Assembly: GCA_036012125.1 (NCBI GenBank)
Contig: DASCOS010000004.1
Span: forward strand, 154,094 to 218,093
Direction of reading: 5' to 3'
Length of the DNA: 64,000 nucleotides
Origin: Vicinamibacterales bacterium
GTDB lineage: Bacteria; Acidobacteriota; Vicinamibacteria; Vicinamibacterales; UBA823
Under the pieces are notes generated by a model. The model had not been told where the DNA came from and made no database searches. It saw only the letters and a list, made by a program, of their open reading frames with translations. How positions within the stretch are numbered: the stretch's first letter is position 1; each line of letters starts with the position of its first letter. A program made the translations under genes and the position numbers. Below, one piece after another: positions 36,690 through 45,600 of the stretch.

Positions 36690-37987
36690 GCAGGATCACT
36701 CCACGCAGGTAACGCGTCAGGCCGTCCGAAACTCGACTGGAGCAGTTGCCAAAGAAATCTTGGATTTAACAGGTGATTTCTTGGACCGGCGTGGCCGATA
36801 AGCCCCATGAGTTGTCCAGCCCAGCGGCTATCATGCTTGGCGCGCGCAACTAGGTTCTCCAGTAGTCGCTGATTTCCGTGGACATGCTGCAGGAGTCTGC
36901 CGGTTCCGAAGTCAACCATGAATCGTCGCCGCCACGCCAGCTCGTAACCACGTAGTGCCTGGCTCGTCGCACGCCAATCAGCTCTAGTGATTGCATCATG
37001 AACCGCGCGGGCAGCTAGAAGCCCGCTGGTAAGTGCGTTATGAATCCCATGCCCGGTAAACGGATCGACGAATCCCGCCGCGTCACCGACGAGCAGAACT
37101 CCATCGGCTACAGTTCGACGCCTCAGGCTGGCCGATGGCAATTGCCAACCCTTTAGCTCTTGGGTACAAGAAAGGCTAATTCGGGAACCAATCATCCGGG
37201 TCAGATGCTGAATTAGCTCACCACGGGTCGGACGGTGGCGTGCGTCGAAGAGCCCGACGCCAACGTTAGCGCGATGTGTCGACACTGGCACGATCCAACA
37301 GCAACCGCGCTCGAACTGGCCGTTGGTAATCACTTCGAACCGAGGTGCTGACGCTGTGTGGTCGGTGTAGGCGCGCAGCGCAACGCTATAGCGGGGCTGT
37401 GTGCCGAACATGGGCGCGAGACCCCGACTTGCCGCGACTCGACTAAAGGCACCATCTGCGCCAACGACAACGGGAGCACAATAGGTAACACGATGGCCAC
37501 GCTGCTTCACCTGCAGCACGTTCAGTTGCTTGGTGGAGTCCCAGTCGACCCGCTCTAGGAGTTGATTCTCTCGTAGTTGAGCCCCACAGCGCTCAGCGTA
37601 TCGAGCTAGGCGTTCATCAAGGATGCGCCGGGGCAGGATTCGCCACAGGTGTTTCCGTCCGTGTAAATCAACAAAATCAGCACCTACTCGAAGCCCGCTA
37701 CCCGTAGTGAAGTTGCACCCCTCGATGGTGAACGCGTCTGGGGCCAGTTCGTCTAGACTCGTGCCCAGCATCGTCATCGCTGTGGCAACTTCTGGAAGTA
37801 GAACGTCACCGCAGACTTTGTCACGAGGAAACCGTCCTGCCTCGAGTAAGAGGACCCTGTGTCCCAACTGGGCGAGCGCTGCCGCCGTGCCGCTGCCGGC
37901 CGGTCCAGCGCCAACCACGACGGCGTCAGCGTCCCACGTTGAGGAGGATGAAGCAGATTGTGGCATTTGGGACACGGCTGCACACAA
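36686..37987 (-). CDS. Geranylgeranyl-reductase-family FAD-dependent oxidoreductase
   Basis: 433 aa. DAVVVGAGPAGSGTAAALAQLGHRVLLLEAGRFPRDKVCGD and LLVGDAAGFVDPFTGHGI. Confidence 0.75.
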   Translation of the reverse strand: MCAAVSQMPQSASSSSTWDADAVVVGAGPAGSGTAAALAQLGHRVLLLEAGRFPRDKVCGDVLLPEVATAMTMLGTSLDELAPDAFTIEGCNFTTGSGLRVGADFVDLHGRKHLWRILPRRILDERLARYAERCGAQLRENQLLERVDWDSTKQLNVLQVKQRGHRVTYCAPVVVGADGAFSRVAASRGLAPMFGTQPRYSVALRAYTDHTASAPRFEVITNGQFERGCCWIVPVSTHRANVGVGLFDARHRPTRGELIQHLTRMIGSRISLSCTQELKGWQLPSASLRRRTVADGVLLVGDAAGFVDPFTGHGIHNALTSGLLAARAVHDAITRADWRATSQALRGYELAWRRRFMVDFGTGRLLQHVHGNQRLLENLVARAKHDSRWAGQLMGLIGHAGPRNHLLNPRFLWQLLQSSFGRPDALPAWSDPA

Positions 37988-38095
37988 GGGAGAAAGCCGT
38001 GCCTGAGTTTCCCATGATTTACTTGTGTTGACAACGATCGGCAGTGGGCGACCGGATAGCGTTTGTTACTTATTGAGTAGCCAGTTACGATTTGT

Positions 38096-39292
38096 ATGAA
38101 TCAGGTAAACATTTCAATGAAGTCAGTCATTATTCACTACCAGGAAATTGCACTCAAGGGCGGCAACCGTCCTTGGTTCATTGCACGACTGGTGCGCAAT
38201 CTCCGTGCACTCACAGCCGATTTAGGAGTCACGAAAGTGCGGTCCCTTATGGGTCGTATCAAGCTGGAACTCGGTCCGACAGCCGAGTGGGAACCGTTAG
38301 CTGAACAGTTGCGCTTAGTATTCGGGATTGCCAACTTTGCCCAAGCTGGGCACGTGCTGGGGGGTGACCTGGACAAGATTGCGGATGCAGTAGTGGCCGA
38401 CCTGGGCGATCGGCAACCCGGGTCGTTTAGAGTATCGGCGCGCCGTGCTGACAAGCGGTATCCGCTCACCTCGCCGCAGATCGAGCGAGAAGTTGGGGGC
38501 AGGATCAAGGAAGCGAAGGGTTGGACGGTAAATCTGTCGGCGCCAGACCTGACAGTATATCTGGAAATGCTGACTGACGAAGTGTACTACTCGTTCGGCA
38601 AGCAGCAGGGCGCAGGGGGGCTTCCGAGTGGCGTGAGTGGTCGCGTCGCGTGCCTTCTTTCAGGCGGCATTGATTCACCCGTCGCGGCCTACCGCATGAT
38701 GAAGCGTGGCTGTGAAGTTCATTTCATCCACTTTCACAGCTATCCGATTCTTTCGAAGGCATCGCAGGACAAGGTGCGTGAAATCGCTAGGCTGTTCACG
38801 CGGTCGCAGTTGCGATCCCGCCTCACCATGGTTGCCTTCGGAGAAATCCAACGGCAGGTCGTTCTTACCGTCCCGCCTCCTCTACGGGTGATCATCTATC
38901 GTCGTCTGATGTTACGTATTGCGGATCGCTTGGCGCATAAGACACGCGCTCGCGCAATCGTGACTGGCGAGGTTGTAGGGCAGGTTGCGTCACAGACTCT
39001 TGAGAACTTAGCGGTGATCAACGCAGTGACTCGCTTGCCCGTACTCCGACCGCTAGTTGGCCTCGATAAGAACGAGATCACGGACGAGGCACGGTCTCTT
39101 GGCACATACCCAATCTCAATCATACCTGACCAGGATTGCTGTCAACTTTTCACACCAAAGCACCCAGCGACCCGGGCTACAGTGGTAGAGACTGAGGCTG
39201 CGGAAGCTACTCTACCGATCGATGAGATTGTCGAGAGTGCTATTGCTGAAGCGATGGTTGAACATCTGAGCTTTCCGTCGAAACAACCTTAG
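38096..39292 (+). CDS. thiI: tRNA 4-thiouridine synthase ThiI (THUMP + PP-loop, no rhodanese domain)
   Basis: HYQEIALKGGNRPWF is the N-terminus and LLSGGIDSPVAAY is the PP-loop. An alternative start at Met8 (38117) is equally plausible. Confidence 0.85.
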   Translation: MNQVNISMKSVIIHYQEIALKGGNRPWFIARLVRNLRALTADLGVTKVRSLMGRIKLELGPTAEWEPLAEQLRLVFGIANFAQAGHVLGGDLDKIADAVVADLGDRQPGSFRVSARRADKRYPLTSPQIEREVGGRIKEAKGWTVNLSAPDLTVYLEMLTDEVYYSFGKQQGAGGLPSGVSGRVACLLSGGIDSPVAAYRMMKRGCEVHFIHFHSYPILSKASQDKVREIARLFTRSQLRSRLTMVAFGEIQRQVVLTVPPPLRVIIYRRLMLRIADRLAHKTRARAIVTGEVVGQVASQTLENLAVINAVTRLPVLRPLVGLDKNEITDEARSLGTYPISIIPDQDCCQLFTPKHPATRATVVETEAAEATLPIDEIVESAIAEAMVEHLSFPSKQP

Positions 39293-39305
39293 GGATGCGC
39301 TCAAC

Positions 39306-39848
39306 CTATTTTTCATCAAATCCGTGGCGATAGAGATGCCCATCGAAATAATCGCGCAGTGCTTCTTGGGTACTGCGAAATGCCAAATTGTGCCATGGGA
39401 TCTCGTTCCGTGAGAAGCGGCCGATTTCGAGCGACTCCTCGCAATGGCGTAGAACGCCGCTGACCACTGTGGCAGCGTAGACGATGATGACAGGCGTGCG
39501 GCCGGTGTAAGAATAGATATTAATTAATCCGACGAGCCGCACATTGAGATTCGTTTCCTCGAGCGCCTCCCGAGTGGCGGCGGCCGTCATCTCCTCACCA
39601 CGATCTACGTAGCCACCCGGAAACACCCATTTTCCAAAGCCTGGCTCGATCGCGCGGCGCACGAGTATGATTCGGTCATCTTCCATCCTAATGATCGTGC
39701 CGACCGCCACCTTCGGATCGAGGTAGACCACGTGTTCGCACTCCCCGCAAACGAGTCGTTCCGGTTCACCGGCCTTTATTAGTTTCGCTGTAAGCACACT
39801 GCTGCACAGAGGGCAGTAACGGTAGGCGTGTTCTTGTGACGGAGTCAT
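39306..39848 (-). CDS. Nudix hydrolase with N-terminal zinc-ribbon
   Basis: 180 aa. CPLCSS...CGECEH, and Nudix box GGYVDRGEEMTAAATREALEETNL. Confidence 0.8.
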   Translation of the reverse strand: MTPSQEHAYRYCPLCSSVLTAKLIKAGEPERLVCGECEHVVYLDPKVAVGTIIRMEDDRIILVRRAIEPGFGKWVFPGGYVDRGEEMTAAATREALEETNLNVRLVGLINIYSYTGRTPVIIVYAATVVSGVLRHCEESLEIGRFSRNEIPWHNLAFRSTQEALRDYFDGHLYRHGFDEK

Positions 39849-39889
39849 CGTCTCAGTGTCTCACCTATTGCTCACGTATAATCGAGGGA

Positions 39890-40414
39890 ATGTCTATCCT
39901 CAATGTTGCGCGTATGGGCAACCCCGTGCTTCGTGAGAAAGCTCGGCCCGTTGAACGTTCGGAGTTGTTGACACCAGTCATACAGAAGTTAATCGATGAC
40001 ATGATCCAGACGATGGTTGAGTACCAAGGGATTGGATTAGCCGGACCACAAGTGCACGAGCAGCGGCAAATCTTCGTTGCTGGTATTGAGAATGGCGACG
40101 ACCCGATGCCTCTCATAGTTGTCGTTAATCCTGTCCTTACGTTGCTTGGTAGTCCGACCGTCGAGGACTGGGAGGGTTGCTTGAGCATTCCGGATCTACG
40201 GGGACGGGTACCACGCGCGCCTGAAGTGGAATTGCGTGCACTCGACCGTTATGGTGAACCAATGCAACTTACCGCTCACGGCCTCGCCGCGCGTGTTATC
40301 CAGCACGAGACCGACCATCTTAACGGCGTGCTGTTTGTTGATCGAATGCAATCCTTCGACTCGCTCACTCATCTCAATGAGTTCTCTCGATTTTGGAACA
40401 CAGAGAGAGACTAA
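39890..40414 (+). CDS. def: Peptide deformylase
   Basis: The start is taken at MSILNVARMGNPVLR. Three motifs are present: GIGLAGPQV, EGCLSIP and HETDHL. Confidence 0.9.
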   Translation: MSILNVARMGNPVLREKARPVERSELLTPVIQKLIDDMIQTMVEYQGIGLAGPQVHEQRQIFVAGIENGDDPMPLIVVVNPVLTLLGSPTVEDWEGCLSIPDLRGRVPRAPEVELRALDRYGEPMQLTAHGLAARVIQHETDHLNGVLFVDRMQSFDSLTHLNEFSRFWNTERD

Positions 40415-40456
40415 TCACCACTTTCCTGCTTCTTGGCTTCTGGACCAAAAATAATT

Positions 40457-42097
40457 CTAGGACCGGAGCCGCTTTTTCTCTGAAGCCCGTTCAGCTTGGA
40501 GACGTTCGAGGTCCACGGCCGAATGATCAGCGAATCGCATCGCGGCCGCGATAGCCCGGTGACCTGCCTTTTCGGCAATTAGTCGATGCATTGCTTGACA
40601 GACACGTCGATACGCTGGATGTCCCTGCGGGGCACTCCTGAGCTCAATCACGTGCATGGCTTCTCGCGCGTTCATGTGCATGTAAAAGCGGATACGGTAT
40701 GCCATGGCGACTGCATACGGTGCCACCGCGCCGAGGGTCGCCTTCTGCAGAGCTTCGTGTAGCTCAACCGATGACTCCATGACCTGCCGCCAGTCGGCAA
40801 GGGCACCGGCTTCTTCGATTGCTGCTGGTTCGTTGAAGCCGTGGTCGGTTGTCAGATCCTGCCATTCAATGCTGAGCAAACGATGTCTTTGGAGATCGCG
40901 AAATGCGCCGTAGTCCGATAGCACATCGAAACGGTAACCAGTGCGCTCAAATGCGCGGCCCGGCTTATGGCGGCGGTTTGTCCTGGCGCCGATGTAGGCT
41001 TTTAAGATTGACGCCCGCTCGCTGGCCGACATCTGCCTCGCCATGGCGAGTAGCTGAGAATCTGGCAGGTTTGACACCGCATAGAGTGCGGCAGCGACCA
41101 CTTTGACCTCGCCGTCTGGATCAAAATCGACCAACGACACCTCATCTCGTAGTTGGGGGTCGATGTCAGCCAATACGGTCATTGATGTTTGTTTTAGGTC
41201 AGTCTGCGTAGTGCTTAGATAGTCGCTCCACAGAACGCCTCGGTTGGGCAGGTCAACACGTGTCAGGAACGCAGGGATCACCTTGCGCAGTTCAATTAGC
41301 ATCATCTCCGCATATCGCTGCATCTCGGTCAGTGGATGTGCGCGCATTTGTAGAAGCAATCTTTCATATGCCTGCCCAGACCCGAAAATGCCCACGTTGG
41401 ATTGCGTTGCCGCCGGTAAGAGGCCACGTAATGTATCAAGGGCCTTCGCACGGATCGCTGCCCGGTAGACACCGTCCGAATCCTCTGGATCCTTCGGATG
41501 CTTGGCCTTGTAGTAATCCTGCATCGGTTCGATCCACCGGTTATAAATTTCGAAAGCGCGATCGAGGGTCCGGACGTACTGAGCGCGCAGTGTCGTCCCG
41601 TTAAGTTCTTCCGGGATTAAGTATTTCCAGTGGCCTTGCGGGCGGTCGGTGTAGGGTATGTAGCGTGTTGATTGTTCGAGATACGCTGCGAGCCTACCCC
41701 GCTCCAGCACCTTCGTTAGGAGGTTTGAGGCACCCTCACAGGCGATGTGCGCCCCGCCCAACTGAGCGACCGAGTCATCGCCGTACTCGTGGAAAACGCG
41801 TGTGTAGAGTCGCTCGGCACGCTCGACGCCAACATCTGGCGCCTGACGGTCGGCTCCGGAAACTTTGTCGGTGAATTCATCGAGAAACAGTCGACGCAGC
41901 GATTTTGCGGATCGCGAGTATCGGGCAAAGAGTGCTCCCTTGACGACGTCCGGTAAATTTGTCAGCGCGAACACTGGTCCCTCGAGATTCGTGAAATACG
42001 GTTCGAGGAGCCGTCGTTCCTCTGGGGTGAATGATTCGGCAGATGGGCGTTCGTCGGGCACGCCGTATAATAGTCGGGCGGTGCGAGGTTCCGTCAA
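40457..42097 (-). CDS. Long (tandem-domain) ThyX/Thy1-like flavin-dependent thymidylate synthase homolog
   Basis: 546 aa. The C-terminal half has FRDLQRHRLLS (RHRxxS). The N-terminal half has only the degenerate GALFARYSRS. Confidence 0.6.
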   Translation of the reverse strand: MTEPRTARLLYGVPDERPSAESFTPEERRLLEPYFTNLEGPVFALTNLPDVVKGALFARYSRSAKSLRRLFLDEFTDKVSGADRQAPDVGVERAERLYTRVFHEYGDDSVAQLGGAHIACEGASNLLTKVLERGRLAAYLEQSTRYIPYTDRPQGHWKYLIPEELNGTTLRAQYVRTLDRAFEIYNRWIEPMQDYYKAKHPKDPEDSDGVYRAAIRAKALDTLRGLLPAATQSNVGIFGSGQAYERLLLQMRAHPLTEMQRYAEMMLIELRKVIPAFLTRVDLPNRGVLWSDYLSTTQTDLKQTSMTVLADIDPQLRDEVSLVDFDPDGEVKVVAAALYAVSNLPDSQLLAMARQMSASERASILKAYIGARTNRRHKPGRAFERTGYRFDVLSDYGAFRDLQRHRLLSIEWQDLTTDHGFNEPAAIEEAGALADWRQVMESSVELHEALQKATLGAVAPYAVAMAYRIRFYMHMNAREAMHVIELRSAPQGHPAYRRVCQAMHRLIAEKAGHRAIAAAMRFADHSAVDLERLQAERASEKKRLRS

Positions 42098-42122
42098 CCT
42101 TCCTTCCTCCCCGCGCTAGGTC

Positions 42123-42557
42123 ATGGGTAGTAGCTTTCATCACTCAATCGACGTCAGGTTTCGAGATTGTGATGAGTTTGGCCACGTGAACAACGCGGTT
42201 TACTTCACTTACCTCGAAGAAGCACGCTGGGTGTTTTTACGCCACTTGCAGGGCCGGTCCCGCGATCACGGCTTGACCGATAGCGACAGAGTGCCGAAGC
42301 AGCCGGGAACGATCCTGGCGCACGCCGAATGTGACTTCCGATCGGAGGCTAAGTATGGTGACGTCCTTGATGTGTTGGTGAAGGTTTCCGCAGTTGGGCG
42401 TTCGAGTTTCAGTTACGAATACGAGGTCATCGAAAAATCGAGCAGCCGACTGATAGCAACAGCGAAATCCGTGCAGGTGTCCTACGACGCCGTAGCCAAA
42501 CGGCCGGTCCCCATTCCCAATGCATTACGCGTTGTACTCGAGGAAACGTTACGGTGA
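42123..42557 (+). CDS. Hotdog-fold acyl-CoA thioesterase (4HBT/YbgC-like)
   Basis: 144 aa. VRFRDCDEFGHVNNAVYFTYLEEAR is the catalytic Asp/His-Val-Asn block. Confidence 0.75.
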   Translation: MGSSFHHSIDVRFRDCDEFGHVNNAVYFTYLEEARWVFLRHLQGRSRDHGLTDSDRVPKQPGTILAHAECDFRSEAKYGDVLDVLVKVSAVGRSSFSYEYEVIEKSSSRLIATAKSVQVSYDAVAKRPVPIPNALRVVLEETLR

Positions 42558-42581
42558 TTCCGCAAGAGAGGAATGAGTAGC

Positions 42582-42797
42582 ATGAATCAGATCGTCTACA
42601 TCTTCGGCAAAGACACGTGACCTTATACCACTGCTGCCCGTGAGGACTATGCCAAGCGGAACATTGAGGTCGATTATGTCAACGTTAAGGAGGACGCTGA
42701 CGGGTTGCGTCGCATGCTGGAGTACACTGGCGGTCGACGTAAGGTTCCAGTGATTGTTGAGAATGACACGGTCACGACAGGATTTGGCGGCACATGA
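42582..42797 (+). CDS. Glutaredoxin-like (YruB/NrdH-size) thioredoxin-fold protein, candidate selenoprotein (UGA at 42618-42620 read as Sec)
   Basis: Not in the ORF track. My own translation is MNQIVYIFGKDT-U-PYTTAAREDYAKRNIEVDYVNVKEDADGLRRMLEYTGGRRKVPVIVENDTVTTGFGGT*. U sits where small glutaredoxins have the first Cys of CPYC. The VPVI...GF cis-Pro/beta-strand block is conserved. The 58 codons after the TGA contain no usable start of their own. Confidence 0.6.
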
Positions 42798-42807
42798 GGG
42801 GTATGAT

Positions 42808-42832
42808 GGCTGCCGGTGGCAGCTTTATTATT
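42808..42832 (+). terminator. Intrinsic (rho-independent) terminator after the Grx-like gene
   Basis: GCUGCC-GGU-GGCAGC (42809-42823) followed by UUUAUUAUU. It starts 11 nt after the stop codon. Confidence 0.55.
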
Positions 42833-43138
42833 GGGCGCCGAAGGGATTAAACGGTGCGTGTCTCTGTCAGTCAAGATTGACAGCTGGCGCGCGCGGCACG
42901 ATAATTGCCGCTCGGAATCTCGGACCGTCGTAATTATCCTCAGTTGGGAGTCAGGCGCTTTTGTTCTTCAGTCGCATTTTTTCGATCCGCAAGGCGTCGT
43001 CGTTTACCCTGTTCACTCAGCATTAGTTCTTCCGCCTACGTCGTTACTCTTCTCAGTCATCTCATTCTGCTTCATAAGCTCGGGGTTCCACTTCCATTCT
43101 GTGCTAGTGAATCCCGGTTTGTTTCATGACGAGGTGGT

Positions 43139-43939
43139 ATGCACTATGAGCTGATTCCTGCGCACAACCCCGGGTCCTACACCGGGTCTGGTAACAATAC
43201 CTATCTCCTTAACGGAAAATCACCTGTGCTGATTGATGCGGGCACCGGTGATTCTCGGCATGTTACAGGCGTCGCCGACGCGTTAGTGCAGTCGCCGAGC
43301 ACTTCGCTAACGAAGGTTCTCGTGACTCATGGGCACGCCGACCACGCTTCCGGCATTAGCGCACTCATGACAAGGTGGCCAGAGGTTGTGGCCGCTAAGA
43401 TGCCTTGGCCGGAACGCGACGATCGCTATTCGGTGTTCTGGACTCCAATCGCCGACGGTGATTTGATCCCAGCCGGTGATACAACACTCCAGGCTGTGCA
43501 CACGCCAGGTCATGCGCCAGACCATCTGTGCTTCTTGGATAGCACTTCCAGGGTTTTATTTACTGGCGACCTTGTGGTTAGCGGAAGTACCGTGATGATT
43601 CCAGGAAGTTCCGGGGGCGACCTAGTCGCATATCTCGCGTCACTTCAGCGCGTGCTTTCGCTCAAGCCAACCCGGCTGCTCCCGGCGCATGGGCCCGCAA
43701 TTGACGATCCAGTAACTCTTGTGCGGCACTACCTTGATCATCGCCAATCGCGTGAAGATCAAATCTTGGCGGCAATCCGAGCCGGTATTGACACAGTGGA
43801 CGGGCTAGTGTCGCGTGTCTATGGGTTTCTGGAGCCGCAACTCATTCCGGCAGCTCATGAAAGCGTTTTGGCACATCTAAAGAAGCTCCGCGTCGAAGAT
43901 CGAATCCAAACCGACGCGAACCGTTGGACATCGACCTAA
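43139..43939 (+). CDS. MBL-fold metallo-hydrolase (LACTB2-like)
   Basis: 266 aa. VLVTHGHADHASG, HTPGHAPDH, and a winged-helix-like C-terminal part. Confidence 0.8.
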   Translation: MHYELIPAHNPGSYTGSGNNTYLLNGKSPVLIDAGTGDSRHVTGVADALVQSPSTSLTKVLVTHGHADHASGISALMTRWPEVVAAKMPWPERDDRYSVFWTPIADGDLIPAGDTTLQAVHTPGHAPDHLCFLDSTSRVLFTGDLVVSGSTVMIPGSSGGDLVAYLASLQRVLSLKPTRLLPAHGPAIDDPVTLVRHYLDHRQSREDQILAAIRAGIDTVDGLVSRVYGFLEPQLIPAAHESVLAHLKKLRVEDRIQTDANRWTST

Positions 43940-43983
43940 GGTTGTTTGTCCGCTGTTGACTGAACGGCATCACGAAGGTCTAT

Positions 43984-45387
43984 ATGAACACCATCATCGA
44001 TTTTATTCACACGAACCGAGATCGTTACATTGACGAGTTGAAAGCCTACCTAGCGATTCCAAGTATCAGCGCGTTACCCGAGCACGCTGCGGACGTAAGA
44101 CGCTGTGCAGAATGGACGGCGGAAGAAATGCAACGGGTCGGCTTGGATCACGTTCAGCTTTACGAGACACCCGGCAATCCGATCGTTTGCGGAGAATGGT
44201 TGAAGGCTGAGGGTGCGCCCACCATTCTTTATTACGGACACTACGACGTCCAACCAGTCGACCCGCTAGAGCTTTGGGAATCGCCGCCTTTTGAAGCCAC
44301 GGTGCGAAGTGGCGAGATCTATGCGCGTGGCGCAGCCGACGACAAAGGCCAGGTGTTCATGCACCTTAAGGCGATCGAGGCGCACCTGAGACAAACCTCT
44401 AGGTTGCCGGTGAACATGAAGATCGTTCTAGAGGGTGAAGAGGAGGTTGGTAGCGAGAACCTTGATGCCTTCATCCGCGATCGGCGTGATGAGTTGTCCG
44501 CCGACGTGGTCGTAATTTCCGATTCCCCGATGTTCGATCGCGGCGTACCGTCCATTTGTTACGGTCTCCGAGGACTCACGTATTTCCAGATTGACCTCCG
44601 TGGTACGGCGAGCGACTTACACTCTGGCTCGTTCGGTGGTGCGGTTGCCAATCCGGCTTTCGTATTGAGCCAGGTGCTCGCACAGATGAAAGACCGCGGC
44701 GGTCGGGTGAAGGTCCCAGGCTTCTATGATGCTGTACGTCCGTTGCGAGAGGAAGAGCGTGCCGAATTCAAGAAACTACCGTTCAACGAAAAGCATTACC
44801 GCAAGGAAATAGGGGCACCCAAATTGTTTGGCGAGAGGGATTACACAACGCTCGAACGTGTATGGGCTAGGCCGACGTTCGAAGTCAATGGTCTTCAGTC
44901 GGGCTTCACTGGTGATGGAGCTAAGACTGTTATTCCGGCGACCGCGACGGCGAAGGTAAGTATGCGGCTTGTGCCGGATCAGGAGCCTGATACGATCGCC
45001 GAACAGTTTGAGGACTATCTTCGCAAAGTTACGCCGAAGACGGTTACGTTAGCCGTTACACGCATGCATGGTGGGAGGCCTTGGATGACCGAATTTGACA
45101 ATCCTTATGTGCAGGCCGCCGCCCGTGCGGTCGAGCGAGGCTTCGGACAACAACCTGTGTTTAACCGTGAAGGTGGTTCGATTCCGGTCGTGGCGACTTT
45201 CCAGGAGGTGCTTGATCTACCATCGGTGCTGTTTGGGATTGGCCTACCAGACGAAAATGCACACGCGCCAAATGAAAGATTGGATCTCGGTAATTTTTTT
45301 AACGGCATCATTGCCTCAGCTTGTTTGTACGATGAGATTGGCCAGCTAACTGGTCACGCGGCAACCGCGGAATCGGGTGGTGGATGA
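43984..45387 (+). CDS. M20-family dipeptidase/deacylase
   Basis: 467 aa. YGHYDVQP, ARGAADDKGQ, EGEEEVGS and HAPNE. Confidence 0.85.
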   Translation: MNTIIDFIHTNRDRYIDELKAYLAIPSISALPEHAADVRRCAEWTAEEMQRVGLDHVQLYETPGNPIVCGEWLKAEGAPTILYYGHYDVQPVDPLELWESPPFEATVRSGEIYARGAADDKGQVFMHLKAIEAHLRQTSRLPVNMKIVLEGEEEVGSENLDAFIRDRRDELSADVVVISDSPMFDRGVPSICYGLRGLTYFQIDLRGTASDLHSGSFGGAVANPAFVLSQVLAQMKDRGGRVKVPGFYDAVRPLREEERAEFKKLPFNEKHYRKEIGAPKLFGERDYTTLERVWARPTFEVNGLQSGFTGDGAKTVIPATATAKVSMRLVPDQEPDTIAEQFEDYLRKVTPKTVTLAVTRMHGGRPWMTEFDNPYVQAAARAVERGFGQQPVFNREGGSIPVVATFQEVLDLPSVLFGIGLPDENAHAPNERLDLGNFFNGIIASACLYDEIGQLTGHAATAESGGG

Positions 45388-45600
45388 CACCAGTCGATAG
45401 GTTATGAAGCAAGGCCTGTGCTGATGGTCAAAGGTATCGACCTGCAGCGACTAAGAAGAGCCAATATACCTTCTATAACCCTTTAGTTATTCTAAGTAGG
45501 GTCGAAGGCGAAGATGCAACCTCAATCTAACAGCAGCGCCGAGACAAACGTTTCTCGGAGAGAATGGTGGCAAGGTTCGCTACACTAACCGCAGTGGTAG

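Noticed and set aside
42674-42874. 66-aa minus-strand ORF
   Set aside because: It is antisense to the Grx-like reading frame and spans its terminator. It has no motif.
42816-43154. 112-aa and 74-aa plus-strand ORFs in the long spacer
   Set aside because: They start inside the terminator hairpin. Their composition is low-complexity and hydrophobic, driven by the C/T-rich strand, and they overlap the start of the MBL gene in another frame.
45388-45600. Small hairpins (CCGAGA-N8-TCTCGG at about 45548-45567; an imperfect AT-rich hairpin at about 45479-45503) and a 16-codon ORF MKQGLC-TGA-WSKVSTCSD between convergent genes
   Set aside because: The hairpins lack flanking T/A runs expected for intrinsic terminators. 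The mini-ORF is too short and matches no family, so a Sec reading is not justified.
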